From: Giardia intestinalis | Lineage: Eukaryota | DNA: 64,000 nt | Strand: one strand, 5' to 3' | Assembly (NCBI GenBank): GCA_000002435.2 | Contig: CM018792.1 | Program-made: the position numbers and the translations under genes | Notes under the pieces: model-generated | Seen by the model: only the letters and a program-made list of their open reading frames with translations | The model's database searches: none | Told to the model about the DNA's origin: nothing | Shown: piece after piece, positions 41,776 to 52,253 of the stretch | How positions within the stretch are numbered: position 1 is the stretch's first letter | Layout of the letters: every line of letters begins with the position of its first letter

Positions 41776-43191
41776 ATGGACATTGGCATCGTGGGGCTGG
41801 GTGCAATGGGCAAAAACCTTGCGCTCAATTTCCACCGCAATAAGTTCAAGGTTGCTATCTACAACAGAACGCACTCGAAGGCGAAAGCTGTTGCCGATGA
41901 GCTCAAGTCAGAGAGCTTAAAAGCGTACGAGTCCGTCAGTGACTTTGTAGCCTCTTTGGTAAAGCCTCGTGTTATCGTCCTCCTCGTTCAGGCAGATGCT
42001 GTCGATTCTGTTGGGGAGATGATGGCTAAATGCATGCAGGAGGATGATATCATTATAGATTCAGGTAACTCTTACTACAAGCTCACAGAGGAGCGTAAGG
42101 TTCGCTTTCACAAGAACTTCAAAGTGCATTTTTACGGGATAGGCATTTCGGGCGGTGAAGAAGGCGCCCTCTGGGGGCCTGCGATAATGGTTGGCGGGGA
42201 CGAAGAGAGCGCAAGAAAGCGCCTCCTTCCACTTCTTGAGAAGGTCTGTGCAGACCCCCAGGTCGAGGGGACTGATGGAAAGAAATGCATATCTTATTGT
42301 GGGCCCGGAGGTGCTGGCCACATGGTGAAGATGGTGCACAATGGCTGCGAATACGGCATCATGCAACTTATTTCCGAGGCAATCGCCATCTTTCGCTCGG
42401 TCCTCAAGTTTTCCGTGGAACAGGTGGCCGATGTCTTTGCGTTGTATGCAAGGACCGAAGGCTGCTATCTGTTCGAAAATGTCGCCCAGATACTATACAA
42501 GAAGGAGGATGACAAGCCTCTTATTGACTTTGTCAAAGACGTGGCCATGCAGAAAGGGACTGGCCGTTGGACGTCTATCGAGGCGCTGAATCTAGGGGTA
42601 TGCGCGACGATCATTGATGCAGGCGTGGCTGCACGCACGTTCTCGAGCTCAAAGGACCGCTTTCTGATGCATGTCGAGGACTCCACCGCGTTGCTGAAGT
42701 CTGTCTTCACACAGGGTCTTTGTAAGGACGCTATCATGCGTTCTCTGCTGGCCGCTATGCTCCTTGCATTCCAACAGTCTATCTGCGTTATTCACGCCCT
42801 CTCCGAATCTATGCAATACAACACAAGCATCTTTGAGGCTCTTTGCTCCTGGCGCGGAGGCTGCATAATTCGCATGAATCTTCTTACACCGCTGGCGGAC
42901 TTCTACAAGCAGAACGCCAACAAGCGTGTACCGCTGATGCATGCAAGCTTTGTGAAGGAAAAGTACATCAATCGTGACGTTGTCTCCCAGCTCAGGTTGC
43001 TGGTCTCCTCTGCCGTGAAGGCTGGGCTGCCTATACCGGCTTTTTCGTCTGCTATGACATATCTCGACATGATCCAGACTGAGGTTCTGCCGACCAAGTA
43101 TATTCAGGGCATGAGGGATAACTTTGGAGCTCACACCTATGAAAGGATTGACAAGGAAGGTGTATTCCACTCTGTCTGGACTGAGAAATAA
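41776..43191 (+). CDS. GND: 6-phosphogluconate dehydrogenase (decarboxylating). The track start at 41692 is not ATG; the ATG is at 41776.
   Basis: N-terminal MDIGIVGLGAMGKNLALNF (Rossmann). Further motifs GISGGEEGA, HMVKMVHNGCEYGIMQLI and a C-terminal 6PGD domain. AGTGAAT lies 3 nt after the stop. Confidence 0.9.
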   Translation: MDIGIVGLGAMGKNLALNFHRNKFKVAIYNRTHSKAKAVADELKSESLKAYESVSDFVASLVKPRVIVLLVQADAVDSVGEMMAKCMQEDDIIIDSGNSYYKLTEERKVRFHKNFKVHFYGIGISGGEEGALWGPAIMVGGDEESARKRLLPLLEKVCADPQVEGTDGKKCISYCGPGGAGHMVKMVHNGCEYGIMQLISEAIAIFRSVLKFSVEQVADVFALYARTEGCYLFENVAQILYKKEDDKPLIDFVKDVAMQKGTGRWTSIEALNLGVCATIIDAGVAARTFSSSKDRFLMHVEDSTALLKSVFTQGLCKDAIMRSLLAAMLLAFQQSICVIHALSESMQYNTSIFEALCSWRGGCIIRMNLLTPLADFYKQNANKRVPLMHASFVKEKYINRDVVSQLRLLVSSAVKAGLPIPAFSSAMTYLDMIQTEVLPTKYIQGMRDNFGAHTYERIDKEGVFHSVWTEK

Positions 43192-43193
43192 GG

Positions 43194-43200
43194 AGTGAAT
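43194..43200 (+). terminator. AGTGAAT poly(A) signal of the 6PGDH gene
   Basis: Giardia AGTRAAY consensus, 3 nt after the TAA. Confidence 0.65.
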
Positions 43201-43391
43201 ATTGTGTTGTGTATGGGTTGTTGTGTGGAGTAAGGCTTGTGGAACGTAACGTTATCGGCTGTTATGTTCAACACTTTCATGTCAGCTCCACAAGGGCTCT
43301 ACAACTAGATTGTATCCACGAGCCCTGTGTGTACGTCCACTTGAAACAGGGGAACCTGGGAAAGAAACCAGACATGATCACTCAAAGGAAT

Positions 43392-44906
43392 TCACTGGGA
43401 GCTGCTGACTGCACAGGTACGGGACTGGTGGGTCGAGTCACAGCTGCAAACTCCTCCCTTGCACTGGCCATTGTTTGAGCATACTATGTCATTTTCCTTA
43501 TCAGTGATACAGGCGTCACTGACGCAAGCGCCGTTGATGAAGCGGCCGTCCTTAATGCACTCGCAGGTGTGGCCGCTTTCTTTTTCGACACAGTGTCCGT
43601 AGCCTCCGCAGACGGTCTTGGAGCCATCCGAATAAGTAGTCACGCAAACATTTGGCACACAGTAGCCGAGGACATATTGGTAATCTGTGGGACAATTATC
43701 GTAGTTCTCACACTGCTTTCCAGAGAATCCGTCCTCGCACTGGCAAGCATCGTTGACACAGAGCCCATGATGACTACAAAGGACAGAAGCGAGACTGACG
43801 CAGTCCTTGGATGCGCATGTAAGGGTGTTCACATTCCTGTAGCCTCTGTCACAGCGGCAGCTCACAGATCCAGACTCCCCTTTGACACAACTGCCGTGTC
43901 CGTTACAGACACTTACACCACCATCCGACTCGTCTGTAATGCATGCATTATCGATACATGCACCATCCACTCTTGTAGCTCCAGGAGAACAGTCTTCGCA
44001 CTGTTCTCCGCTGTACTCTGTGGGGCACTTACATTCCTTGCGTCTAAAGTTACAAGTGCCAACATTATTGCAAAGAATAACGGTGGGCCCGGTTGAATCG
44101 GTGAGGCACTTAGTAGGGTAGCATGTTCCACCTACCAGAGTCTCATCCTCCTCGCACCCGACTGTCGTGATTTCACAGAGCTTTCCATCGTAACCGTCAT
44201 CGCAGACACACTTATCCCTCTTACAATACCCGTGTCTATTGCAAACACCTTCACTCAGATTGTCTGAGATGCAATTATTGGAGACACAGGTGAATGGGCC
44301 CAGTGTGATCGCATCGAGGGGATCACATCTGCATAGATAGCTCCAATTATAGCTCATGCAGATACCCGCGCCTCCGCACTCGTCTTGGGTGCCGTCCGGA
44401 TACGTGGTCACGCACTCGTCGTAAATGCAGTTGTCCCCAACAAGAACACCTCGCTTTGCGCATATCTCACACTGATCGCCTTCAGATGTATCATCACATT
44501 GGCAGTGCGGTCCTTCCTCGCTATCCACAATACAGATCCCTCTGCCGTTACAGAGCCAAGTTCCAGTGATGCAGATCTCAGGCATGCAGTAGTAGACCGA
44601 ATTATAGAGCTCATAGCCAGGGTCACACTCGCACTTATAACGACCGTTTGGTTGCTCTCTACACTCTCCGTGACCGTTACAAAGAATCGTCCCGTCTACA
44701 CATGCAGCCGGCTGGCAGCCACTGTGAGTTGGAGAATACTTTTCATCGCAATTACAAACTCCGTAATCGTCACAGGTTCCATGACCACCACAAATTGTTC
44801 CATTAAAGAGACAAGAGCTGGGAATGCAAGAATTTTCATACTCAGTTGTGTCGGGGGGACATTCAAGGCTGTGAAGACTTATCAACAGAAACAGAAGACG
44901 AATCAT
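43392..44906 (-). CDS. Secreted high-cysteine EGF-like repeat protein (Giardia HCMP/tenascin-like type) with no TM or CRGKA tail
   Basis: Signal peptide MIRLLFLLISLHSLEC, then about 16% Cys in repeated CxxC...G(H/R)G(T/E/I)C EGF-like modules. It ends with no hydrophobic anchor. Confidence 0.75.
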   Translation of the reverse strand: MIRLLFLLISLHSLECPPDTTEYENSCIPSSCLFNGTICGGHGTCDDYGVCNCDEKYSPTHSGCQPAACVDGTILCNGHGECREQPNGRYKCECDPGYELYNSVYYCMPEICITGTWLCNGRGICIVDSEEGPHCQCDDTSEGDQCEICAKRGVLVGDNCIYDECVTTYPDGTQDECGGAGICMSYNWSYLCRCDPLDAITLGPFTCVSNNCISDNLSEGVCNRHGYCKRDKCVCDDGYDGKLCEITTVGCEEDETLVGGTCYPTKCLTDSTGPTVILCNNVGTCNFRRKECKCPTEYSGEQCEDCSPGATRVDGACIDNACITDESDGGVSVCNGHGSCVKGESGSVSCRCDRGYRNVNTLTCASKDCVSLASVLCSHHGLCVNDACQCEDGFSGKQCENYDNCPTDYQYVLGYCVPNVCVTTYSDGSKTVCGGYGHCVEKESGHTCECIKDGRFINGACVSDACITDKENDIVCSNNGQCKGGVCSCDSTHQSRTCAVSSSQ

Positions 44907-46095
44907 TATTTTTATAATCCATCAAATCCTCAACATCATTCTTACTGTCCTCCTCAAAATTCTGCTCTACTTTTGGAAGACGCTGCAGTGGAATTAAACC
45001 AACAGCGCAAAGAGCTGAAAGAGGCGTGATGGCCCCGACAAGGCAATCTATCCATGAGAAAGCACGGTAAAAGGCAGATAATACATAGCCAAGAACGTTC
45101 CCCAAAACCATTCCAGCATAGCATAATGCAGTTGCTTCTACGCAGCGTGTCTCCAAATAGAGAATCCCCATTGCTGAAGAAAGCGCGCCCGTTGCCCCCA
45201 AGGTCATAGGCCCCATCATGATTGCAGTGCTAAGAAACGTCGATGGGAAACAAAGTGAAAGACCTGAGATGGAAAGGAGGAATGTGGAGATGACTGCGGC
45301 TGGTGCTAGAGGGAGGGCTGTAATGAGTCCAGCCAGAGACGACAGAGCCTGTGCTGCGGAGAGGACAATCACCAGAATCTGTTGCTTATCCACTGTGAAG
45401 ATATCAATCCGCTGATTAAACGTTTGAAAATAATAGCTCTGATTTAGAATCACAATAAGCACCAGCACCGCAGAAATCCAGACTAGCCCTCTATGCAGTA
45501 CCAGCTTCAGCTGCTGGCATAGCTTCGAAGGTAACACAGGAGCAATCTCAATACGCCACATGGTTAATAGGAAAAATCCCGCTGCAACCCCGTGGAGAAT
45601 GAGCCAGCATCCCAAGGAGAGCTCTGGTGCAATAGGGATCTGTGTCAACTGGTAAACAAGGATCGAGATTGCAAACCCAATTGTTACGGAGACCCGGATC
45701 CGAGAGAGCTTATCTTCAAGTCGGTACGACAAGGTGTACGACCCAACGCAGAAAAAGTTAAGTATGACTTGGCCCAGAAGTATGAATGGAGGAAAAAGCC
45801 GGACTCCAAGGATAAGACACGCGATTCCTATTAGCTCTCCACTGAACATCACAAGAAATGCATAAACAAGGCCAAGCGAGACTTCTAAGCGTCTAGCTAG
45901 TAAAAGGGACATTAGGAGACCCCCTATTGTGAATGTAAGAAGACCGGTGACGTATGCTGCTGACATGAATCTTGCAGAGCCCCAGTCGTGCCGGGTTGCG
46001 CTATTTTCGAAAGCAAACCAACCGAATGTACATCCAGCTGCGGTTGCGTTGATAGATAGAACTGCCAAGTACCGTAGAAATATGCGCCAGCCCAT
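44863..46095 (-). CDS. Polytopic membrane protein, MFS-like transporter topology
   Basis: ATG at 46095. There are ≥10 hydrophobic helices of about 20 aa and a hydrophilic acidic C-terminal tail. The family assignment is by topology only. Its 3' end overlaps the start of the downstream gene by 44 nt. Confidence 0.55.
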   Translation of the reverse strand: MGWRIFLRYLAVLSINATAAGCTFGWFAFENSATRHDWGSARFMSAAYVTGLLTFTIGGLLMSLLLARRLEVSLGLVYAFLVMFSGELIGIACLILGVRLFPPFILLGQVILNFFCVGSYTLSYRLEDKLSRIRVSVTIGFAISILVYQLTQIPIAPELSLGCWLILHGVAAGFFLLTMWRIEIAPVLPSKLCQQLKLVLHRGLVWISAVLVLIVILNQSYYFQTFNQRIDIFTVDKQQILVIVLSAAQALSSLAGLITALPLAPAAVISTFLLSISGLSLCFPSTFLSTAIMMGPMTLGATGALSSAMGILYLETRCVEATALCYAGMVLGNVLGYVLSAFYRAFSWIDCLVGAITPLSALCAVGLIPLQRLPKVEQNFEEDSKNDVEDLMDYKNNDSSSVSVDKSSQP

Positions 46096-46256
46096 CTTTC
46101 GAGCTTTTTTGCCCTACCCTATCCTGCTCTGTTGCTATTGACCCCTTAAAAGGGAAAGGAATGGCATAGACATGAGAGGAAGCAGTAAAGATACCTCTTC
46201 TTTCTGCATATTCAACCCATACAAAAGGTCTAACGAAAAATCATCAGATGAATTAA

Positions 46257-47309
46257 ATGGACTTGTCTGAGCAAGAGCGACCAAAGTCAGAGTCAGCGTT
46301 GAGACTAGGGGCTACCTGCCAGTCAAGACTTTCGTGCTTTTCAGCTGTACCCACTCCTGGCGGAGATTATATTGCTATGGGGGACGTTGTCATATTCGTC
46401 GTCAGTATGGACAAGATTGTAGCGGACAAGATCACTGAGGGAAGGATATACTCATCTGCGTACGGAGAGTTCCATCACAATGATATGGTTGGGAAGCCAT
46501 ATGGAGCCAAACTGTTTTCCAAGACTAAGACGGGGTTTATCTTTGCACTGCGCTTTTCTCCGTCTCTCTGGACCCGCTCAATGGAAAGGCGGACTCAAAT
46601 TCTATTCATTCCAGATATATCTATCATTCTCACACGATCGAACATACAGCCAGGATCTAGAGTGTGTGAGGCGGGAATCGGGTCAGGGTCATTGACCCAT
46701 CACTTGCTCCATAGAATCTATCCCGGTGGACGTCTCTTCTGTTGTGACATTGATGAATCTCGCGCGAGGCTTGCACATGAGGACTTGCTGGCTCACTATT
46801 CCTCGCCGAGCTTCTCCGAGCATCTGCCTAATGGGCTTGTGGAGTTGGTGGACATCTCTCACCGAGATGTTAGCGTGCATGGCTTTCAGGAAACTGCAGT
46901 TGAAATAGACTTCGTCTTTCTAGATATGCCTTGTCCGGAAAAGGTCGTTCCCCATCTGCAACGATCGCTTAGAGTGGGAGCTCTGTGCGCTATCTTTGTT
47001 CCTTGCTTGGAGCAGGTTCACACTGCTGTGCAGGCCCTTTGCACACATGGGTTTGGCGCCTTTGAAACAATCAAGTCTTTTTCCATTACATATGAAGCAT
47101 TTTCACGATCACTTCCCGTCCCTCCGCTACGGAAGCTTACTAAAAATTCTAAAAATGATTCTACTGACGGTTCTCAGCAAAAGCGAGGAGGTGTGAGGGC
47201 TCATGTCACTGCGGACGTGGTTGACACCGTAAAATTCAGCGGTCTTACGCCTACAAAGTTTATGCGAACACACACGGGCTTTCTGCTCTTTGCTAATTAC
47301 TTTGGTTAG
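46257..47309 (+). CDS. TRM61: tRNA (adenine58-N1)-methyltransferase catalytic subunit, TRM61/GCD14 family
   Basis: RTQILFIPDISIILTRSNIQPGSRVCEAGIGSGSLTHHLLHRIYPGGRLFCCDIDESRARLAHEDL (SAM-binding motif I and the GCD14 signature). Confidence 0.8.
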   Translation: MDLSEQERPKSESALRLGATCQSRLSCFSAVPTPGGDYIAMGDVVIFVVSMDKIVADKITEGRIYSSAYGEFHHNDMVGKPYGAKLFSKTKTGFIFALRFSPSLWTRSMERRTQILFIPDISIILTRSNIQPGSRVCEAGIGSGSLTHHLLHRIYPGGRLFCCDIDESRARLAHEDLLAHYSSPSFSEHLPNGLVELVDISHRDVSVHGFQETAVEIDFVFLDMPCPEKVVPHLQRSLRVGALCAIFVPCLEQVHTAVQALCTHGFGAFETIKSFSITYEAFSRSLPVPPLRKLTKNSKNDSTDGSQQKRGGVRAHVTADVVDTVKFSGLTPTKFMRTHTGFLLFANYFG

Positions 47310-47332
47310 AGTATCGAGCAAGAAATTTATAA

Positions 47333-48328
47333 ATGATTGCTCAACGTCTTTCTGAGATTCCTGTCACGGCACTCCCCGCAACACGCATAGACAAGGCCGA
47401 TGTCTTCGAGCTCACAGTGAATGTCTCGTGGTTTGAAGCGTTGAAGTACATGGTGGAAAAGCGCATCTCAGCAGTACCTGTAAAGGACGGCGACTCGTAC
47501 ATAGGGTATATTGACCGCTTCACCTTCGTGCATTGGGCTGCGCAGTATGCAAAGAAGAGTATGGCGCAACAGGGGGAACACTCCATGGGACCGGCAACAC
47601 CGAAGGCCATCAGCGATGAAATCACCCAGATCTTTACCACACACCCATTAACACAGTTCGAGCGCACCTGCTTCCACCCTATGGTTCTTATTAAAGAGAC
47701 CGCAACGGTTAGTGACGTGGCAGACTACCTCAAGAAGCCTGGTGTGTACCGCGTCTATTTAACCACAGAGGACGGTACCATATCGGGGGTGGTGACTCAG
47801 CAAAACTTCTTTTCATGGCTTGTCAAGCAGGAGTTTGTCAAGGAGAACCCTAAGTACAAAGCTGCCGTAATCAACGACCTCGTAAACATGGCTGCAGAGC
47901 ACAAGAAAACCAAGCAATCCTATCGCACATTTGATCTGAACGATAAGACGTACACTGCTATCACCTCACTGAAGCGCAACCCCGACGACAAAGGGATGGC
48001 AGATGGCTGCGTCATGCTTGGCGAGGACGACCTCTTGGTTACAGTCCTTAGAAGGAGAGACCTAGACATCCTTGCCAAGATCGATGATCTCACTGTGCTT
48101 TGTGCTCCACTTAATCGAATGATCTCCATCGTTCGCAACACTGAAATCAACTGCACCGTCACTGCAATTACTGTTAGCACTGCTACTCCAGTGGAGGCTG
48201 TTGCCATGCGCTTGGCAATATCTCGCTTTGAGCACGCCTTTGTGGCGTCTGCAAGCGCCACCACCTGGCACGACATCCAAGACATCATCACCGACGGACG
48301 AATCATCCGATTTATCCTTTCTCTCTAG
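47333..48328 (+). CDS. CBS-domain-pair protein (AMPK-gamma-like architecture)
   Basis: Four stretches with CBS-like hydrophobic periodicity (e.g. ISAVPVKDGDSYIGYIDRFTFVHW, GVYRVYLTTEDGTISGVVTQQNFFSW). AGTGAAC lies 23 nt after the stop. Confidence 0.5.
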   Translation: MIAQRLSEIPVTALPATRIDKADVFELTVNVSWFEALKYMVEKRISAVPVKDGDSYIGYIDRFTFVHWAAQYAKKSMAQQGEHSMGPATPKAISDEITQIFTTHPLTQFERTCFHPMVLIKETATVSDVADYLKKPGVYRVYLTTEDGTISGVVTQQNFFSWLVKQEFVKENPKYKAAVINDLVNMAAEHKKTKQSYRTFDLNDKTYTAITSLKRNPDDKGMADGCVMLGEDDLLVTVLRRRDLDILAKIDDLTVLCAPLNRMISIVRNTEINCTVTAITVSTATPVEAVAMRLAISRFEHAFVASASATTWHDIQDIITDGRIIRFILSL

Positions 48329-48362
48329 AAGGACTGATGTAGTAGTCGGAAGTGAACATCTT

Positions 48363-51272
48363 TTACTCTACATTTCGCAAGACTGTCAAGAGAGCCGTCG
48401 TGTCCGGGCGAGTTAAGCCAACGATGATGAGTTGCACATTCTCGCCGTCCGCCTGATCGCTGCCCTTCGCTTTCTTTCCTCCCTTCCTAAGAGGAGTCTT
48501 TTTCGTCCTGCACGACGAGCATATCTTGGAGACCTCTTGCTCAATAGCTGTGACGTAGCCTGAACTGGGCCCCACGGCAAACACGAATGTCTCCCCAATA
48601 AATGCAACTGTTGTCTGCAAGATCCCCTTGTCATCTGCTAGCAGTTTGAGACACGGCTCTCCTGCAGAGCTTAGAAGCAGAGTCGGTGACTCATCTGAAA
48701 CTTCAAAGACAGTGAGTGCGCTAGAGATCCTCGTCGCTGCATAGGTCAGATTTGAAGTTAGTAGTTCGCCACGCAGCTGGACAGTTAGATTTTCAAGGCG
48801 CTTCATTGCTGTAAAGAATTTGTCGCCTGTCTTCACAATTCCAGCCTGATCAACACCCCACCTGTCCATCTGTGTATGCAGAATTTCACTTTGAGTATCA
48901 GTGAAGTCGAGAGCCCTTTCTCCCGCGACAAAAGTGAGGCGGACGACACCATCTGATATGCGAGTTGATTTGACGATTCTAATCAGCCCTATCTTTCCGG
49001 TATTATCCAAGTGAGTCCCACAACACGCCTCTGTATCATGGTCTGTTATGTCAACGCATCGAACGGTAGATCCAGGAACCACACCACCCTGATACAGCGA
49101 AAATCCGTACTTCTTTTCAGCTTCGTTCTTTGGAAGTTGGTACTTTCTTATCGGAATGTTATCGCGGATCATCCTGTTTGCTTCGCGTTCGATGGCACGC
49201 TCCTCATCGAAGGTGAGGCTACGATAGTGTGTTATATCCAGAGTGGCCACTTCGGTTGTCTTCTTTGCACCCGCCTGCCAAACATGAGGACCCAGCACCT
49301 TGTTAGCGGTAGCGTGGATGACGTGAGCAGCTGTGTGATGACACATCAACTGATCTCTACGCGCAGAGTCGATTGCCATTGAAACACTTGTTCCCTGGAC
49401 AATTGAGTCAGCAACAGGAGCGTTCAACTCATGCATTACGCAGTGGCCCACCTTTCTTACGTCCACAACGTCATGGATAATCATTTTGCCGTTTCCAAGA
49501 AGAAACTTGAGTACGCCGGTATCATGTTGCTGGCCCCCAGAAGTAGGATAAAAGACAGTCTTGTCCAGTATAACAAGGTTCCTCCCCTTAGACTTATCTT
49601 CCATGTTGGCAAATATACTGACCACCTTCGCGTCAGCCAACTTACGGAGCTTTTCGCCATATGGTTTAGTATAATAAACGCAATCAGTTGGGGGAAGAGA
49701 AACAGTGTCATAAAGCTGTGCAACGGCTACCTTGATGGCGTTTTTCTCCTGCTGCTCAGCAACGTGACTGTACAGATTCTCTGGGACGGGAATTCCAGTC
49801 AACTCAGAGACCTGATCCGCATTAAGTCCAAATGTAGTAACAATAGTAACCCAGTCTTCGATGGATAGGTGTCCCTTTCCTTTCTTCAGAAGCTTTTCGA
49901 CCTTGTCACGAGCGTCCTTATCTGTGGTAGTCCACCGGGTATATTCTAGTTCTAAGACTGCGCGTAAAGGCTTGAAGGGGGGAAACGACCCGGCGCCGTG
50001 GACCTCCTCCAAGTCTTGACGATGATAGTCTATGATCTGACAAAGCCCGTCAATGCCTCCTATTGCATCCCACCATCCTCGGCTAACAAGTATGTGAAAG
50101 ACACGGCGCAGAACGTTGCGTAAGTTATTGCCCCCACCAACATTTGATGGAAGCGCCCCGTCCTGGATTGCAACCATGAGAGAGCGTAGATGATCGAGCA
50201 CTATATACATCTGCCTAACAGGCTCTATCACGTTGGTGATGTCTTCTGTCGTGAGCCCCGTGCGTTCCTTTATAAGCGCCCATGCCTGAGAGATATCACT
50301 GACCTCATCTATGTTAAGCAGGCAGGAATAGCGACCAAAGCGTCTCCACACATCCCCATTGATTACATCATCCGTAATACCAATGAGTTGCGACATTTGC
50401 TTAAGGGCAGTTGGGAACGCGGTAATGTAGGAGGTGACGGAGCGATTAAGAAGCCACGGAATCCGTTCTAGACCAATTCCGACGTCCACAACCTGGACAG
50501 GAAGGGGCTCAATGGTTCCATCCGCGAACGCCTTGAATTCCATAAAAACCATGTTGCCCACCTCCAAGCCATGCATGAAGTACTCCACACAGGGGCCTAA
50601 ATTTCCACCACCAGCCCATACGTCTGCTATCAAGGTCACTTCATCCAGGTCTATGCCCATGGTCTGAAGCCATTCGAGGTTGAAGCGTATAATTTCCTCC
50701 TTGAAATAAACGTACTTTGTGCTCGTATTGAAGACTTGGATGCCAAGCATAGTGAATCCGGAATAATGACGTCCAGAAAGCCCAATAGAATCAAGATCGT
50801 TAAAGCGCAAACAGAGCTGCGGTTGAATCAACGGGTTGGCAGGGGGTTCAATTTCCCCTGTCACACAGAAAGGCTGATAGCATTGAATCCCAGCGGCCGT
50901 GAACTCGCAATCATCGCGCCATCTAGCAACGACGGGGTAGCGAGGAACAATAGTATGAGCTGGAGTGGTTTGTGTAAACGATTGGGCAAAAGAGTTCCAG
51001 ACACGACGCATAGACCAGGGGTCATCCTTACGCTCAGGCTTATCGAAGAAGGAATATTCTCCAAGGCACTCTGAGTCCCCACAGATCGTGCGGAGCTCTG
51101 TGCGGCGCCAATATAGTGTGCCGCACTTTGGACATATGTGCCGCTTGAAGCCAAAGTCATCAAAAACCACTCGAGGATAATATCGCTCCGGGTCTTCCCG
51201 GAAGCGAGGACGCCAAAGCGCCTTCATCTCCTTCGCCGTAAAGGTGGCCGGCGGATTCTTCTGCGGCGGCAT
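48363..51272 (-). CDS. AARS: Alanyl-tRNA synthetase (archaeal/eukaryote-like)
   Basis: N-terminal class II AlaRS catalytic region (FFDKPERKDDPWSMRRVW...RHYSGFTMLG). Editing-domain zinc motifs HTAAHVIHATANKVLGPHVWQAG and ACCGTHLDNTGKIGLIRI. The ATG is at 51272. Confidence 0.85.
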   Translation of the reverse strand: MPPQKNPPATFTAKEMKALWRPRFREDPERYYPRVVFDDFGFKRHICPKCGTLYWRRTELRTICGDSECLGEYSFFDKPERKDDPWSMRRVWNSFAQSFTQTTPAHTIVPRYPVVARWRDDCEFTAAGIQCYQPFCVTGEIEPPANPLIQPQLCLRFNDLDSIGLSGRHYSGFTMLGIQVFNTSTKYVYFKEEIIRFNLEWLQTMGIDLDEVTLIADVWAGGGNLGPCVEYFMHGLEVGNMVFMEFKAFADGTIEPLPVQVVDVGIGLERIPWLLNRSVTSYITAFPTALKQMSQLIGITDDVINGDVWRRFGRYSCLLNIDEVSDISQAWALIKERTGLTTEDITNVIEPVRQMYIVLDHLRSLMVAIQDGALPSNVGGGNNLRNVLRRVFHILVSRGWWDAIGGIDGLCQIIDYHRQDLEEVHGAGSFPPFKPLRAVLELEYTRWTTTDKDARDKVEKLLKKGKGHLSIEDWVTIVTTFGLNADQVSELTGIPVPENLYSHVAEQQEKNAIKVAVAQLYDTVSLPPTDCVYYTKPYGEKLRKLADAKVVSIFANMEDKSKGRNLVILDKTVFYPTSGGQQHDTGVLKFLLGNGKMIIHDVVDVRKVGHCVMHELNAPVADSIVQGTSVSMAIDSARRDQLMCHHTAAHVIHATANKVLGPHVWQAGAKKTTEVATLDITHYRSLTFDEERAIEREANRMIRDNIPIRKYQLPKNEAEKKYGFSLYQGGVVPGSTVRCVDITDHDTEACCGTHLDNTGKIGLIRIVKSTRISDGVVRLTFVAGERALDFTDTQSEILHTQMDRWGVDQAGIVKTGDKFFTAMKRLENLTVQLRGELLTSNLTYAATRISSALTVFEVSDESPTLLLSSAGEPCLKLLADDKGILQTTVAFIGETFVFAVGPSSGYVTAIEQEVSKICSSCRTKKTPLRKGGKKAKGSDQADGENVQLIIVGLTRPDTTALLTVLRNVE

Positions 51273-51295
51273 AAATTTTTCTTAGGAATTAATCA
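51273..51295. promoter_or_regulatory. 23-bp AT-rich bidirectional initiator between AlaRS (-) and the 302-aa gene (+)
   Basis: aaatttttcttaggaattaatca is the entire space between two divergent ATGs. Confidence 0.5.
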
Positions 51296-52204
51296 ATGTC
51301 GCTTGCCAGGCATTATATTAAAGAGCGTGGGGTGCAGACTGCTGAGAATGGGGAGACAGTGAGCAGAGGAATAGACACATGTGGCAGGAATGGAGAGACA
51401 GGGGGACATGAACTTTTGCTAGATTGTCCACGAGTCGTTATTTTTGGCTCTGGGCCCGGCTCTGTAACGGTTGCAAGAGAACATGCACTCGCTGGACACT
51501 ACGTCCGGCTTTTCAGGAACCTAACACTCCCACAGCTCTCGTCTGTGCCCCGCCCAGATCTGTATACAACTGCAAATTTTGATAGATTTGACATCGACGA
51601 AGAAGTCATTGACTTCCGTAGTCGGCCGGTCAATAGTGTTCTCGATCGCTTCCGAGATACGTATGATTTGTTTTACATAGATGGTGGAAGCTCTCTTGCA
51701 GCGGTTTCGGGATCTCTAAAGTCCCCCAAGTTGCCTGTAATCTACACGGTATCATCTTTCAAACGGGCATATCCACATAAGAATACAGGTGAGCTCCATG
51801 GCAGTGTTGTAATTGTGTTAGGGTGCGACTCTACATCCCTGCACACTGCAAGATGGGCGCGTGACTTAGGAGCGGCCGTCTCGATCGTATCAGGTAAGCA
51901 TCCCCACAATCCCGTGAGAGAGCATGGTATTAATTTTGGGATCCTTCATCCTCCCTACAGCATTGGAGAAAAGGATCTGGTTGCTTTCATCCGTAGCGAT
52001 CGGACAGAGAATGTGGCAGACACAGCAGCTCCCCTATTTTACTACTGTGACATCATCATCATAGGCTCGGGTGTAGAGTCTCTGACAGCTTACGACGAGA
52101 GACTGATAGGAACGGACAGTACCTACGTTCAACGGGACACCCTAATAGACCCCACGCTCACGTTAACGGGCCAGTGTCGCTGGACAGCACAACACTATAA
52201 GTAG
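51296..52204 (+). CDS. Hypothetical protein of 302 aa with three degenerate Rossmann-like G-x-G-x-x-(G/S) stretches
   Basis: ATG at 51296, 23 nt from the divergent AlaRS start. Motifs VVIFGSGPGS, VVIVLGCDSTS and IIIIGSGVES. No confident family. Confidence 0.5.
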   Translation: MSLARHYIKERGVQTAENGETVSRGIDTCGRNGETGGHELLLDCPRVVIFGSGPGSVTVAREHALAGHYVRLFRNLTLPQLSSVPRPDLYTTANFDRFDIDEEVIDFRSRPVNSVLDRFRDTYDLFYIDGGSSLAAVSGSLKSPKLPVIYTVSSFKRAYPHKNTGELHGSVVIVLGCDSTSLHTARWARDLGAAVSIVSGKHPHNPVREHGINFGILHPPYSIGEKDLVAFIRSDRTENVADTAAPLFYYCDIIIIGSGVESLTAYDERLIGTDSTYVQRDTLIDPTLTLTGQCRWTAQHYK

Positions 52205-52253
52205 ACTACCATTTACAGTCGGTTGCCAATCGATGTGCTTTGAAATCCTTCAA

